Part shown: one piece after another, positions 37,216 through 51,000 of the stretch
How the letters are laid out: the number at the start of each line of letters is the position of its first letter
Numbering within the stretch: the first letter of the stretch is position 1
Assembly (NCBI GenBank): GCA_046563655.1
Contig: CM102287.1
Span: forward strand, 5,394,001 to 5,458,000
Reading direction: 5' to 3'
Origin: Yuukianura sp. NJ FZ-2021
Lineage: Eukaryota
DNA length: 64,000 nt
Notes under the pieces: model-generated
Database searches by the model: none
What the model saw: only the letters and a program-made list of their open reading frames with translations
What the model was told of the DNA's origin: nothing
Program-made: the position numbers and the translations under genes

Positions 37216-40200
37216 AGAGACCCGGGATTCTAAAAAACAGGAAATCAGCAGAGTGCTAATTTTAGAAAGACAAGGTTAAAATAAAATGAATGTAAATTGC
37301 TTTTTAGATTTGAACAAAGAAGTTTAAACTGTCGGTTCTATGTTCCTAATTCCTGTTTTAGAATAAAATGAAGCATATGCTAGCACGCAGATTGAATATT
37401 CGTTGTACGTTTTTGCTACAATTTTCGCATTTTGAAGTTATTTTTTAAATCAGTATTTATTTCCGAGTAACAGGAAAACGTTAAGATTTTAACCCATTCC
37501 CATTATAAAGAGACTGGAAATTTTCATGACAATTCACAGAAGGTCAACGCTTCCTTTCACTTCTGGATTCTTTCATTATAAAACTGGCACTAGGTTCCTA
37601 ATGTCAATATGAACAATTTTCTATTGCACACTTACGAGTCTAATTTCAATTCTCATAAAAAAATATTCTAGAAAGAAGTTTTCTGAAACTTTCAATTTAA
37701 AAAAAAACGTAACATTTTTCTTTCAATACAGTTTAGCACGATCAGTTGTAAATTTCTGGGACGAATTGATATTTCTGGTTTACTGAAGTCGCTTTTATGT
37801 GGTCACATTCTCTTTACTTACTTGTGTGAGAATGGTTCTATTAAATCCTTGTAAAAATTTGTTCACTAAAATCCCAAATTTTTGATTCTGGACATGGAAC
37901 AACTTCGTCAAAATCCTTTTTTTTTCTGGAAAGCTGGGTGTTCTCGAAAAGAAATTTCAATAAAAATATATTTTTCGAAAAACCAAACTCGTCACGGGTC
38001 CATGACAAATTTGGTAACGTGTAAAAGCATAGCTTGAGGAGATCGGTAGAAGCCGAAAAGACGATTGACAATGGAACGAAGGCATTGACGACAAGAGAAG
38101 TAGTAGGTAGCATCGCATCTTCTTTTCAAACTTTGCTTTTCAAAAAACATAGCCCTCCCATTGTCACAAGAATTGGAAGAACCGGGAGACATTTCTTGTA
38201 CAGATTTTGAAAAAATAAGTTCAGAAAGGAATTATTGGAAAGATGAAAAAACAGAAGTGGAACGAACGCAATTAGACACGACACGACTGAAGGTTCCAAA
38301 AGCATTTCCAAGGAACTTTAGAAGTTGGAGCCAAGCGGACTATGACAAAGAATTTAAAAAGAAGTTTCAAAACTGAAATATGACCTGGACATAGGCACTG
38401 GGAGGGAGTTTTCAAATCGGTTCGACATTTCTAACGTCTTTCGGTGTGATTTTTGAGTCACAAATTTTGCACGGTGAAACACTGAATTGAAAATTGAAGC
38501 TGCGGTAGGTTTGGTCTTCCAGCTGCCTTCAATTCATCATATTCGCTTCAACTACCAAAAATTTCTTTTTAAAATTACCAGAACTTGAAATAAACTTTAT
38601 GTGCACCAAATTTTTTAAAAATTCGACTTTGTTCAGTTTCATTTTCAGTTTTTTTCAATGTGTAGGACCATTTAAAGACAGCAGTTGTTCCAGTTATTGG
38701 TAGCAATAATGGAGATATTAGGAGTCATTATCACGTTTACAGCTTTAAAACTTAAAACTTTCGAAATTAGCTTTGCCCAACGTACCTGTCCATATTTTAG
38801 AATCATCAGTGTAGTTGTAGTAATAAATAGCAATTTAGTTGTAAACAATTTAAGTTAAGTAGCCATTTACAACGGATCGGAAGAGGCCGTCAGATCTCGA
38901 TCCAATTTCAAAATTAACCTCCGTTTTATTGCTACTTTTTTAACATTTAGGAATAGATTGAGGTTATCCAGTTTCTCTTGTTGGCACCTTTGATTACTTT
39001 CTCATCATCAACTAAACGCTAAACCAAGGGAGTGTTCCGCTGCCATTAGTGTAGTCGTTCCAAAGTTAAATTTTGTGGAAGTAGTTGATGGAATCTCCGT
39101 TTTAGTTTCACTGGACATGCAATTGAAATGGAGTCATCAATCAAAAGTGGAAGAGGCGTTAAGAACAGCCTGAGAGAGTCTTAAGGGCCTTAGTGACCGG
39201 ACTTGAGCAAGATTTGCATTGATATGGTGGATCCAGTTTCATTAGGAAACGGATTTAAATCCCTTGTGTCCGTTTCACTACTAATGAAAAGAGGGGGCAG
39301 ATCCACTGGCTGTTTCCAGGATAAATCATGTCCAGTTTCATTATCATCGTGAGGAACTTGCTCAACTGGAACTTCTAACATGACTAAAATCCTGGCATAA
39401 ATTAACTTAGACAACTAATTCATTTTTAGTTTAACAGTTTAACTGCAAACAACTGAACAAACTTCAAAGAAACATGGAAAGAACGGATGAGGAAGCTTGT
39501 AAAGATTTTGTTTCAAGATTTCTAAATTCTCAGTTAAGTTATACGCGCTGTGTTAAAAATTTCCCAAAAATTTACGATTACTACGAAAAGTGTTCTGAAT
39601 TTGTAATATTTCAACAATTTTAAAACTTTTTACAACATTTTTGAGAGATGCACAGAAAACTTCGTTTTCTGAGGTGTGAAATTTATACCTGATCACTTTG
39701 GATGTAATTTGATCTTTGGTTGTTTTTAAAAAAAGAAAACACTTAAACACACTTTTTGAATGTTTTTGAACGATTCAAACGACCTATTGAAATAAATGGA
39801 CAGTGTTCAGATGTCTCTGCTCAGTTTGTATTGTCCATTAAAGAGGGGGGAGTGGCTTGTATTAAAAAGGACGTAAGATAATGTTACGTAACATTTGGAA
39901 GATTTTCAGATTTTTTTTTCAAATTTTTTTTTCTCCTATATTTGTATTGTGTCCAGAATTTGAGTCCCTTGAAAGATGATCCTTCTCAATTTCATTTCCT
40001 TTTGGAAAACATGAAAGCCCTTCTTTTTGCTCATATTCTCTGCATCTGTTACCCACTCAATCAGATTAAAGTGGAGTTGAATACAAAAGGTAAAATAAGG
40101 CTCCTCCATTTCAGCGACATTCATTGCCAAAACATTACTTTTATGGCGACATTTCAGCCTTCCAAAGTGTCCATGCTCAGGATATCAAAATAGTGAGTGA

Positions 40201-43200
40201 GAAGAGGGGAGATCGTTACGAAAAAACTGAAAGTGGGCACAGGAAATACCTATGTCCATTTTTTAAATTTTATCTTTTTTAATAAACTCAAAATTTTGAT
40301 TTCTTATCACAGAAGTCTTGTTTGTCAAATAAACAAGGAGAGGAATAATGCATTACTGCTCGTTATTTTCACAAAGTAAGCTCAGAGACAATGAACCCGT
40401 TTAAATAAAGTTGACTGTTTGAAATTGATGTCAAAGTGATTGGATCTCCCTCGTGAAAGTTACATGAGCTGGAGGTAGGCCATTTCGTGTTGTTAGTAAC
40501 AGTTGACAGTCATTTGTGAATGAAATACGGTAGCTCCAGAACTAGTTTAAAATGCTGTCCATGTTCTGCGTTGTTTCTGTCTCAGAAGTTCTATTGTTGT
40601 TGTTAAAGTTGAAGTTTTATCTTGAAAATACGGAAATGATCTGACATCTTTGTCTTGGCTTGAATTGAAAGAAATATCGCTTCTTGGGACAGAACGAATT
40701 TTGTGTCAAACCGTTGGGAAAATTATGAGCTTCGTCCATGGGTTAAAATTTTTTCGTTTTTCTTTAAAAAAAAAACAACAACCGAATTTCAGTTTTGTTT
40801 TTACCAGCGTCTCCAAATGCTATGAGTTTGTCTAAAAAAGTACGATTCCAAAATTTGTCTAATTTAAAAGAAAATTCAAGTTAAAGATTTAAAAAAATTA
40901 AACGCTAGTGTTGGGTTTATTATTAGCGAAGGCACATTTTAGAATTGTTCAAAATTGGTTTTCGAAAATTTTCACTTGAAAGAAAATGTTTTTGTTTTTG
41001 CTGATTCCAATTTTTCCATCGGAATTTCTAATGATAGTTTGATCCGTAAGAAGTACCGTAAGCTAACATTTTGAAAAGTGCAAGGCCTTGCTATTTCCAT
41101 CTGTTAAGCGGTTATCGGTTCCTCAAATCTAAAAAGTCTATAAGTGGACCCTTGAAAAACGAAAATGAAAGTAAACATTGAGCCAGATTTCCATCAATTT
41201 TGAATGAGAGACTTAAGGGCCACCTTGGCTCCTGAAGGTATCTGTGCACATTTTTCTTTCAGCGTCACTGTCACCATAAGTGTCTTCTAAGAATTCCTTG
41301 TTGACATTTCCTACGTCAAGGAAAAACGGAAAGGTCCAGCTTACAGAAACACCCGCCTCCTGCATTTCCTTCTTCACTGTGAGATGTGATATGTCAAATG
41401 TCAATACTTTGCGGAAGAAAGTCAAAAGGCAAAGATTTTCAAGGGATTTGACGATTTCAGCCTCCAAGTCAACACGGCGTCGACTTCTGTCGCCTTGTCC
41501 CTTGAATCCTTTTTGAATCGTTAGAGCCCTTAAGGACCAAAAATCGGTCCATAAGTGCCCACCTCAACAATGAAAGTGGAAGTTCTTGTTGGGACATCAT
41601 CCGTTATTTGCTAAGTCTTTCGGCAGATAGGGATTTTGAGGTTGAGTGGACTTCAAGTACCCTCTGAGCCTTCAAGTACCCATAAGCTCTTAAGAGTCAG
41701 GAAGACATCTTTTGGTCTAAAAAAAATTTGTTTCAAAATAAAACGATGAAAATTTTGAACTCTCAAAAAACGGTGCAATTAGAGCCAAAAGGCTAAGAAG
41801 TAAATCTTAGTTGCCCTTGTCAACCGATCTGGTGACTGAAATCTAGGGGGACCCTTAAAGCTAAGACTCATTGTTGGAGCCCTTAAGGCTTTTCAAGTGG
41901 TCACAAACTGTCATCTCCGGTTCGTGTCCGGGAAGTTGTTGTGACGGTAGAAGGCATGACGGATAAGGTAGGAACTGTCAAAGGACATCTCGATGGACAG
42001 GACCTACCTGGAAGGTACTGCAGGGCCCCTTAACTTTTTGGTTTTTGCCCCATCATGGGAAAATTAGAACAAAAAGTCAAAATAATCTGAGAAGTTGACA
42101 AAAGAAAAGTTAGGACCACCTTCCCGCTTTCTGTTTGAAGCCACCGCTGCTCTTTGTAAAGCGCTGACCTCGACGTTTGAACAAAGCTGCAAAAGCTTAG
42201 TTTCTGGTTACTGTTGGTCAATTGACACAACACGAATTTCTTTGAGCTTGAATGGGTTCCGAATTTTGTAAGTTTTGAAATTTTTTGAACCAAGAAATTT
42301 GAGTTAACGTTTGCCGACATCCGATATAACGCCAACGTTTTAACTTTTCAGCGTTTTGACACTTGGTGTCAAAGGTCACGTCTCCTCCAGCTTGGTTCCT
42401 AAAATTTCCAACTGCAAGCACTTCTAACATGCACTTTGGACCTATGGATGTCCATTTCTTGCTGGATTTGAAGTGGAAATGATATGGGATCGCTTAGCCT
42501 AAGCTTAGGTTTAGCTAAAAGCACTTATTGCTCCATGCCAGAATCCAATTCAAATCCTTGCTGACCCCCACTGGGCCTCAGATCCAAAAATCTCATTGTA
42601 GTTTTGGAAACAAACTCCAGGCCCCTCGCTGCGCCTGTTCTCACACCCCAGTGATCAGTGCTCTCCAAACAGACGCTTCCAGCCTCCACTGAGCGATAAA
42701 TTGGTCTCTGAACTTACAAAGTCAAAGGAAACATTTGAGGAGTGAGCACAGTCAGGGTTAGTAATCATCATTCCCAAAATCATATCCCCTCAAGTACCCA
42801 CACCCTTAACACTAACTTAAGTCGCCTCATGCATTTCCAGGATGAGCTTCTAAGGGCTCTCTGAGAAGTGTACCTGCAACATTCGAGATGATTAATTGGA
42901 CCATTTTGAACTTTTGGATGAACAATCATGAAAGCTTGATAGTTCATGAGCCTTTCTTAAGGGCCCCTCTTACGCAGTGGGGGACTTGAACAATGTTTTT
43001 CTCACTTTGTTTTTTGAAATCAGCAGTTTTGATTTGGAAGTCGCGGTGTAATCCGAACTAATATACATACAGGAATTAGTGAATCTCGTTGGCAAAAATT
43101 TGTCAGATTGGCGTTAAGCATAACCTTCTAGAATTTTGAAACCGATTGAAACTTTCTCCGGTAAAGTTTTTGAAAAAAAGTTCTACTTTTGTCCAATTTC

Positions 43201-46053
43201 TACTTTTTGAATTCAGCAAACACTGGCGATCAATTTCAGTTAGACAACCTACCATAAAGTTATTGCAAACAATCCAGCACACGATTTCTTGTGCACTGAA
43301 CTATTTTGTGAAGTTTTTAGGTTATGTTTTTATGAAAAACAAGACTTTCATAAATTCATTTTGAAAGTGTCAGTTGCAGAAAAAGCGAGAAGGGCGGGTG
43401 TGAGAAAGTTAACGGAAAAGGGCCCCCTCCCCTGCCTTAAAAAGATAACATCATCCCTCTGCCATTAACACTTCACTTTTGTACAATGTCATCTTTTAAA
43501 AAATTCTGCAACTCACTTCCGACTTGATGGAGAAAAGAAGAAAAAAAGAAAGTAATGAAATGAAAGCTTGGGGAGCGTTAAACTTTGTGTCCAATTTCCA
43601 AGAGCCAATTGAAAGATTTTGACGAAAGATGAATTGCAAATTGACAACGAAAAGCAGTATTTCCCTATAGGTTTTCCCTGTCTTTTCACCGAAACTTGAA
43701 ATTTTGTGTTTGTTGAATTGCTAAGCTTCTACTTTTAATAAGCTGATGGGCACATGGTGAGCGTCTGTTGTGATCCAACCGGAGGTAGTGACCGTGGTCC
43801 CATACTGTGAAACAATTAAGGAACTCGTGTTGTGATTTACACGGAATCAACGTCCGTGTTCCAAGAAGAATCCGAACAATAGGAAGCCTTCGAGCGGGAT
43901 TTCACTTGCCGTGGATGATTGATTCGTTAGATAACGCCTCTAAACGAACATATTTCTGTCGAGATTTCGTTGATTTTGTAAACCATTTCAGCACATCATC
44001 TAATATTCAACAGAAAACTAAAGTAACGCCAACTACACCGCAAACCGCACTAATACCGGAGTCCACTTTTTTCATCTTTGACTTCTTAAGTTTCAAAGAA
44101 ACTCACTTTTGTGATGTTTTCTGTATTGTGATTGTAAACAAGTTTCAAGTTTTGATACAGGAACGGGTCCAACCAGCGCCATTTTATTGAACTTGCACAG
44201 CCAAGCAATAAACTTAATAATAATTGTTTCATAATGCTCGGTGCAGGATTTCTTTGACCTTTTGCGGGAAGTGAGTCATAAACGCATCATGTAATAAAGC
44301 AATTTAGAAAAGTTTTGAGCTCGGTAACTAATAAAATCAAAACCATTTTAACCTAAACTTTGGACAACTAATAATTAATCGCTCAAATTGTTACGGTTTG
44401 TGGGTGGTCATATTTAGAAGAACAATGACTCGTAACAGTCCAAATTCATCATTAACAGTAAATTCGCCAAGGCTCGATTTATAGTTCACACAGAGCGTTT
44501 TTTACGTAATGCAAAACTCAATTTGTCTTCATTTTCGAACTTTGAACTTCAAGAAAACTTTCTTGTCAGTTTGTTGATTGTATTTGTTTTGGATATATGG
44601 GAGGCATCAATCAAGCAGAAGCTTTTGACACTTTCATCTTCATGGTCAATCAGTGCATTTGTTTTTCTTATTTTTTTTCTACATTTCAAGTTTTTCATTT
44701 TTCCAAAATGCATTCTTGAAATGAATAAAATCTGTTTGATTGTTGTGGGTTCTGGTTCTTGGACAGATCTTGTAAAAAGTTCTCCAAAACTTTGCATTGT
44801 TTGTGTCTAATTTACCCCCTGCGTCTATCTGCTGAAAAGACCAATGAAAGTAAAGGGGAATGAGGAATTGCATAATCCTTATATTCAAAAGTCAAACAAA
44901 TTAAAAGAAGCTTGTTAGGAAGAAAATTGGAGAAAAGTTTTATAAGTTTTTGAATAATTCTAAATATTTATGACTTGGTTTTATAAATTTTGAAAAGCCA
45001 AAAGCAAACAAATGAATGAATTTAATTGTGCCCCATTGTGTGCAAGATTAAACAATTTCCAAATTAACAAAGAAGATAAATCCATGTTTTAACGAATGAG
45101 GAATTCTCTGTTCAAAACAGGAAAGAATGGAGACAATTTCCAGTGCCGGAGGGCTTTCATAATAAATAATTTTTAATTTGCGAATCTATAAAATTTTGAT
45201 TTCAGTTTTGGAATTTTTGAGGAAAAAATTTGGTGTTGAACGAAGTTGGCTGTCCACGTTTACCAAATTCAGCGTTGAACCAATTATTGTTGAACCAAAA
45301 GTATGGAGCATTATGTATTGGTGAAAACTCGTTTAGAAGAAGTAGCGCTGGATGAAAGTGCTACTGGTTCATTAGCGTCGCAAATGCGTAGCGTATGATT
45401 GCTAAAAATGTTTGCTCGAGTGGCTGCCTGAATTCAAAAGGAAGCGGAGGTTTGTGCGTCTGCCTACATTGGAAACAGTGCTTTCACAAAGAGAATTCCT
45501 TAATAACGTTGTTTGAATTAGGGATGAACCGGGAATTATTGCTAAGGGAGCTTATCCTCGTTTCCCCGAGGGGGATGAACCCTCATCCTCCCTTCTTCCA
45601 GAATCTGAATCAACGCAGAGAAAGGCAGTGGGTGAAATTAATTCTGAAGCGATGGAAAGTGACAACCAATATTCTCTGCATCACCTACTCACAATAATGA
45701 GCTACGCTGGAAAACGTCGCTTTTCTTCAAAGTGTTACGCATTTTGAACATGGGTTTCTGGAATTCCCTTCCAGGAAAAAATCCAGAAGATACGAGTAAT
45801 TTTATTTTTCAATGGAGACGGGGTTTGATTTTCGAAAATCTCCATGGCAACTAGAACATAAACGAAACTCACATGAAAAACTTTGTAGATGTTATGCTGA
45901 TGATACTGCGATTCAAGCCGTGATTCTTCTTGCGTGCTTGCGTTTTGGTTGAATGTTGAAAGTTGTATGGATCGCTGAAAAAAACGTGTGTGTTTGTGTG
46001 TTTGAAACGTTTTGAATTTTGAAATTCAATTTGAGTTGCAAGAATTTCCGAAA

Positions 46054-46786
46054 ATGGATTCCGTTGGTGCATCTGAATCACGCGATGGACATGGCGACGA
46101 TTCTGCTTCTGGTCCTTGGTGTTGTGCGCAGGTCGGTAAACCGCAGAAGAAGATTCTGTTCATTGCTTTGGTTGATTTGGGGGTGAGTAAATTGCTAAAG
46201 TTTTGAAAACAAATTGAAAATTGACAATAATTACCTTTTATATTTTTGTCTTTAGGTAACACTAATCATGGTGACCGTTGGAACGTTTCAACTCGTCACA
46301 TCTAATGTCAAAGGTCAAGCAAGACTTTTGAATTTCTTCAATTTTACAGGAAATTAAAATGATGTTTTCAATTTTGTCTTCAGAACCCAATCTCGTCGCG
46401 ATGCTTTGCTTCGTTTCCAGTTTCTGCATTCTTGTTGACATTTTCCTCCTTGGCAAGGTATTTGACCACGAAAAATTAAAAAGTGTTTTCAAATTACTTT
46501 TTACTTGAAACGAATTTTTTTATTTTAGCAAATTGCGAGGAGCATTGTTATGCTTTGGCTGCTTTCACACTTGTCTTCATACATTTGCTGGTTGTTCGTG
46601 ATTTTTACGCAAGTGAAGAACCTGGACATTGCACATGAAAATGTCCCAAACGTCGTCCATGTCACAGTTCAAGCCTTTTTCAGTCTCATGGCACTCCTGA
46701 GTCTCTATGGCTGGTTCACTTGGGTGCTAGCAGTTAACTGGATGCGCATTAACGGTCTGGATACTTCTCTCCAGGAATCAACATAA
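46054..46786 (+). CDS. Small ~4-TM membrane protein, paralogue A (exons 46054-46182, 46256-46313, 46384-46457, 46529-46786)
   Basis: Spliced: MDSVG...PWCCAQ...KILFIALVDLG|VTLIMVTVG...|EPNLVAMLCF...VDIFLLGK|QIARSIVMLWLLSH...; four hydrophobic segments. Confidence 0.75.
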
Positions 46787-47110
46787 TCCTAAACTTAATT
46801 AAAATCAACTAAAAACTGTAGTAAAATATTACTACAATTAAATATTTCTGAATAAAACCAATTTGATTAACAAGAAAAATCATTGCTTGGCAACGTAGTC
46901 TATTTTTAATTTTGTTTACAACTAAAAGTGAAAGTAGAAATGCCGCAGATCATCACTTATAAATCTCAAGTCCGCAACAAAAATCTCAATCTCCGATTTG
47001 AACTGAAAGTCAAGTAAACTACTGCGTTTTCAACCGAAAGATATCTTTTAGTTGGAGTTTGGGGTACTTTTCAAGATCTGAGGTCAAGGTCAAAGTGAAA
47101 TTGAAGCAAA

Positions 47111-48033
47111 ATGTATGCATTTTCGGAAATGGAGGCTGGGGAGAAGAGCAATCGCTCTTTGACCTATGCCAATCCATGCCTCTGTTGCTGTCCGACGATT
47201 GAAATCTCCACGTTGGTTACATGTGCTTTCGACATCGCGGTAAATGAAAATTAACCGAAAACTTTTACCTATCAAAATTTTAATTAAAAAAAAGTTTTTT
47301 TTTTCTGAAAATTGATCTTTTAAATCTCTTCATTAGATCCATTTATACCTCATTGTCCGAACGATGACCAGAATGTTTGGACTGCGTGCTGAAGGTAATG
47401 TGAATTGTTTTAAGTTAAAAAAATCCATGCCAAGAATTCAAATTTTGAAAAGTTCAAAATTTTCATTTTTAGAAAACGTGCTCTTTTCATTCGTTGCTGC
47501 AATGATCGTACTGGTTATCTGCCTTGACATTCTCCTCATCATGGGCATCACAAACATTGTAAGCTTTTCAATTTATTGCAAATCTTGAGCACAACATGGT
47601 TACTTAACATAAAATTCCAATGCATACTCAAAATCTAACATTTTTGTCTCTCTTTCAGTTTGATTTGAAAGTCCAGAGTTGGTCAAAGTTGAAATTTCGG
47701 ATTGTGGTGAAAATGTGGATTGCAGCCCATATCATCCTACTGTTTGCTTGGTTTGCAGTTACGTACTACACAGTACGACCACTTGCATTTGGCCGTAAAC
47801 CGTTCCGGAAGTTCGTTCCACACACACTGGTTGACCTCATCGATTGGTACGCCTTGCTGGAGCTGTTCGCGATTTTCCTCATCTATCTCTGGTTCATCTA
47901 CATATTGATTGCCTTTGGATTTTTCACGAAACACACTAAAGTGTACATGATCAAAGATCGCTACGATGAAAGTAGCTCATCAAGTTCAAGCAGTAGTTCC
48001 GACGAAGGAGAAAGCAATCGACCACCATGCTAA
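47111..48033 (+). CDS. Small ~4-TM membrane protein, paralogue B (exons 47111-47239, 47337-47394, 47473-47558, 47659-48033)
   Basis: Spliced: MYAFSE...PCLCCCP...TCAFDIA|IHLYLIV...|ENVLF...LDILLIMG...|...VVKMWIAAH...; poly-Ser tail; same intron phases as paralogue A. Confidence 0.75.
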
Positions 48034-51000
48034 ACACATTTTAAAAAATGTTCAACCCAATTTAAAGCAAGAATCATTTCGTTAAAAAAGAAAATGGAAA
48101 CACATAAAACCAAAACTAATTTTTGAAAAATACAAAAAAACTAGCCTAACTTATTCTTAAAGTAATACTTGAGCGTGAACAATGAAGCGTGGGAATTACG
48201 ACTGTTTGTGACTTCAAAAAAGTAGGTTGAGTGAAAAGTCATAAAACTTCGTCATCTCATGATGAGCATCTTGTCATCGACTAGGACCATTCTTGTCACC
48301 GAAATTGTTAGGTTAGGTTTTGGTCCACTTTTGTTGTTCATTTCATTTTACCCAAAGCGTTTTAGATGATTCTTTTCTAATTTTTTGGAAATTGCAGTGC
48401 ACTAAATCAATTCAGAATTTGAAAGATATACTGCTCTTCCAAGAATCTTAAACAACAACTTTGGACAATTTGAAACGGAACTCATAATTTCGTTTTAATG
48501 TTTGCACTGAGAAGACATTTAGGTTTGAACTGTTTGAAATAGTTTAAACAAGGGAAGTTATGCCCAGTCGCTTGTAAACCCATAAGATTTAGTGTACCCT
48601 CAAACTCCGAAATTATTACCCTTGTTGTTACAAGTGTAATAATATCAAAGAAAAAGAGCAGGGTCAAAAAGTTCCAAGAAAAATAACGTTTGTTCAAGGG
48701 GAAAGAGAGAGGCTAAGGAAATGATCATGATTACACCCTCTGAATAACCTTACCATAAATTATTAGTCCAAAAAGACCGAAATTATTTCTGAGCATGCTG
48801 AGAAGCCATATAGTTACTCCCTCCACTACTCTCACCGTGTGACTTCAAAAAGTTAACCTAACTTAAAACTAAACAATGCCACAAAACTCCATTTCCAATT
48901 GAGAAATGTTTGAAGGGCCTTCCAAAAAAGGATCCAAATTTTCATTTTTCCAGAACATTTTTCAAGTTTTGAGGGCAGGAGGGCCCTTAAGGGCCACTTT
49001 CCATTGTTTCCTTGTTCTACACTTGTTTCTCAGCTGCATACCGCTCCTTTAAGTCTAAAAGTGTTCTTCAGAACTAAACCTAAAACTGTTAAGGGGGTGT
49101 TGGAATTGACACCCTTAAGAATAACACCAACACCCTCCACAAAAGTGCCAAAAGGGGCCCTGTCAACGGTTCATTTAAAGCCAAAGGTCACATGTGGGCA
49201 CTTGGGAAGTGTTAAGGACGCGCGTTAAGTCGACGTTTTGTTTACCACTAGAATATTTTAGCGCCTTTTGCATGTCGAAAATGCATCAGGGAAGTTAGAA
49301 TTCTAGAAAATCTAATCTAAATCGAAAATCTTAACAAGGTGAACAGCAATTAAGGAGAATGACTCACTTTTGAAAGAAAACGACCGAATTTTATGAAAGT
49401 GTTGACATGTGGGAGAAAATACATCTGGAGAACTGCTGAAATTTTTCTTAGAAAATTTCTGTTTGAATTTCAAAAAAAAATCCAAATGTATTTAAGATTT
49501 TTCAAATTTTCAACAATGTTTTCACTTTCACCGAGGAATTATGCAGTTGAACTTTCTCTAGTGAAAGTAAACTTCTTACAATAATAAAATAATAATTATG
49601 AATTGTCAGTAAAACGGTAAAAGTTAGGGAAACTTTAGAACAAAAAGTTACCTGAACCCAGAAAAATTTGGCGTGTAAAATTCAAAACTTTTTCATTTTT
49701 TTATAACTTTTCAGATCCCACGTGGGAAAGAATGTTAACGCCACGACTCTGAACAATTTATTATGTCACGTCTTATGCTTCTTCCCTCTCTCAAAGCTTC
49801 CACATAACAATAACAACTTTGAACAACCATTTGCTTTTGTGTAGCTCCAAAAAAGCAACTTTGTGTGTGTCCAGTTTTGAACCTTCGTTCGTTTTTTCTA
49901 AACAACTAAAAAATCCACCAAGGCAGTATTTATGTGAGACCTTCATTAATTTCTAGCCCACAACGAACAGAACCCAAATTCGCCAAGGCAGAAGAACCCC
50001 AGGAATGGTCGACTCTGTTCAAAAGCCAAACGACTCCAAGTCACGGAACGCACAACGGAAATGAAGAGGATCGAGAAACCAAGAGCTCAGCCAATTTTGT
50101 ATGTGAACTTAGCGAAAATCCGCTCTAATGATCTAGGCGTGCCATTTTCTAGCGCTAAAAACCAAAACTACCAGTTTCAACTCAAACTGCCACTTTTCCA
50201 GAAAACTAACAGCGAAGGTTGAGAAATCATGCTGGAAAAGCTTCGCTGAAAATGTTAGTCTAACCCAATTCGAACAACTAAAAGTAAATGGCCAATCCGC
50301 AAATTCGCACTTGAGCTTCAAGAGGTCATTGGGCATGCGCTCCGCTAGAAAGCTCAAAGTAAAGTGCTTTTGAAATGATCATTTTGAGGGTGCTAATGAA
50401 GGGGCGGTGGTCGTTGGACTTAAGTTCCTGTGTGCTCTGAACAATGAAAAGCTAAAAGTTCACACTAAGGAATGTGAGAAGTAATTACAGTGGTGAGATA
50501 AATATTGGAAGTATTACGGTACTTTCGGGGCCTCTATTCCTCCGAAGGATTGTAAACCTTGATGATTGGACATATTGAACGTTAGGGTATTTGGCATTAG
50601 GAAGAAGGAAAAGCGTTGAGAGCTTTTGGTTATTGATGGATTGTTGGGTTGCATTTCAAAGAAAGTCAAATACTAAGCTACTCTGTCTTCAACAATGGCT
50701 ACTGGGAACCATTTGTCAATCTATCGGTGAATTTTAATCCTAAGCTTTGAGATTGATGCTGACATTGAAATTTAAACCTTGCCACAAGGAAGTATTGATT
50801 GGTGAGCTGCAGAATAACTTAAGTTGACTGTTGCTAATATTAGTGACCGAACCAATGTGCCAAATTCCTAATCGGGTGTGGACCTAACAGGATTTGATGT
50901 TCTTAGGCGCTTTGTCACGTTGGTAAAGCTCACGGACCACGCGCCTCAAAGAGCCTACACGGTTTAACTCTTTGATTTTTTCCAAACTCCACTAAATTTG

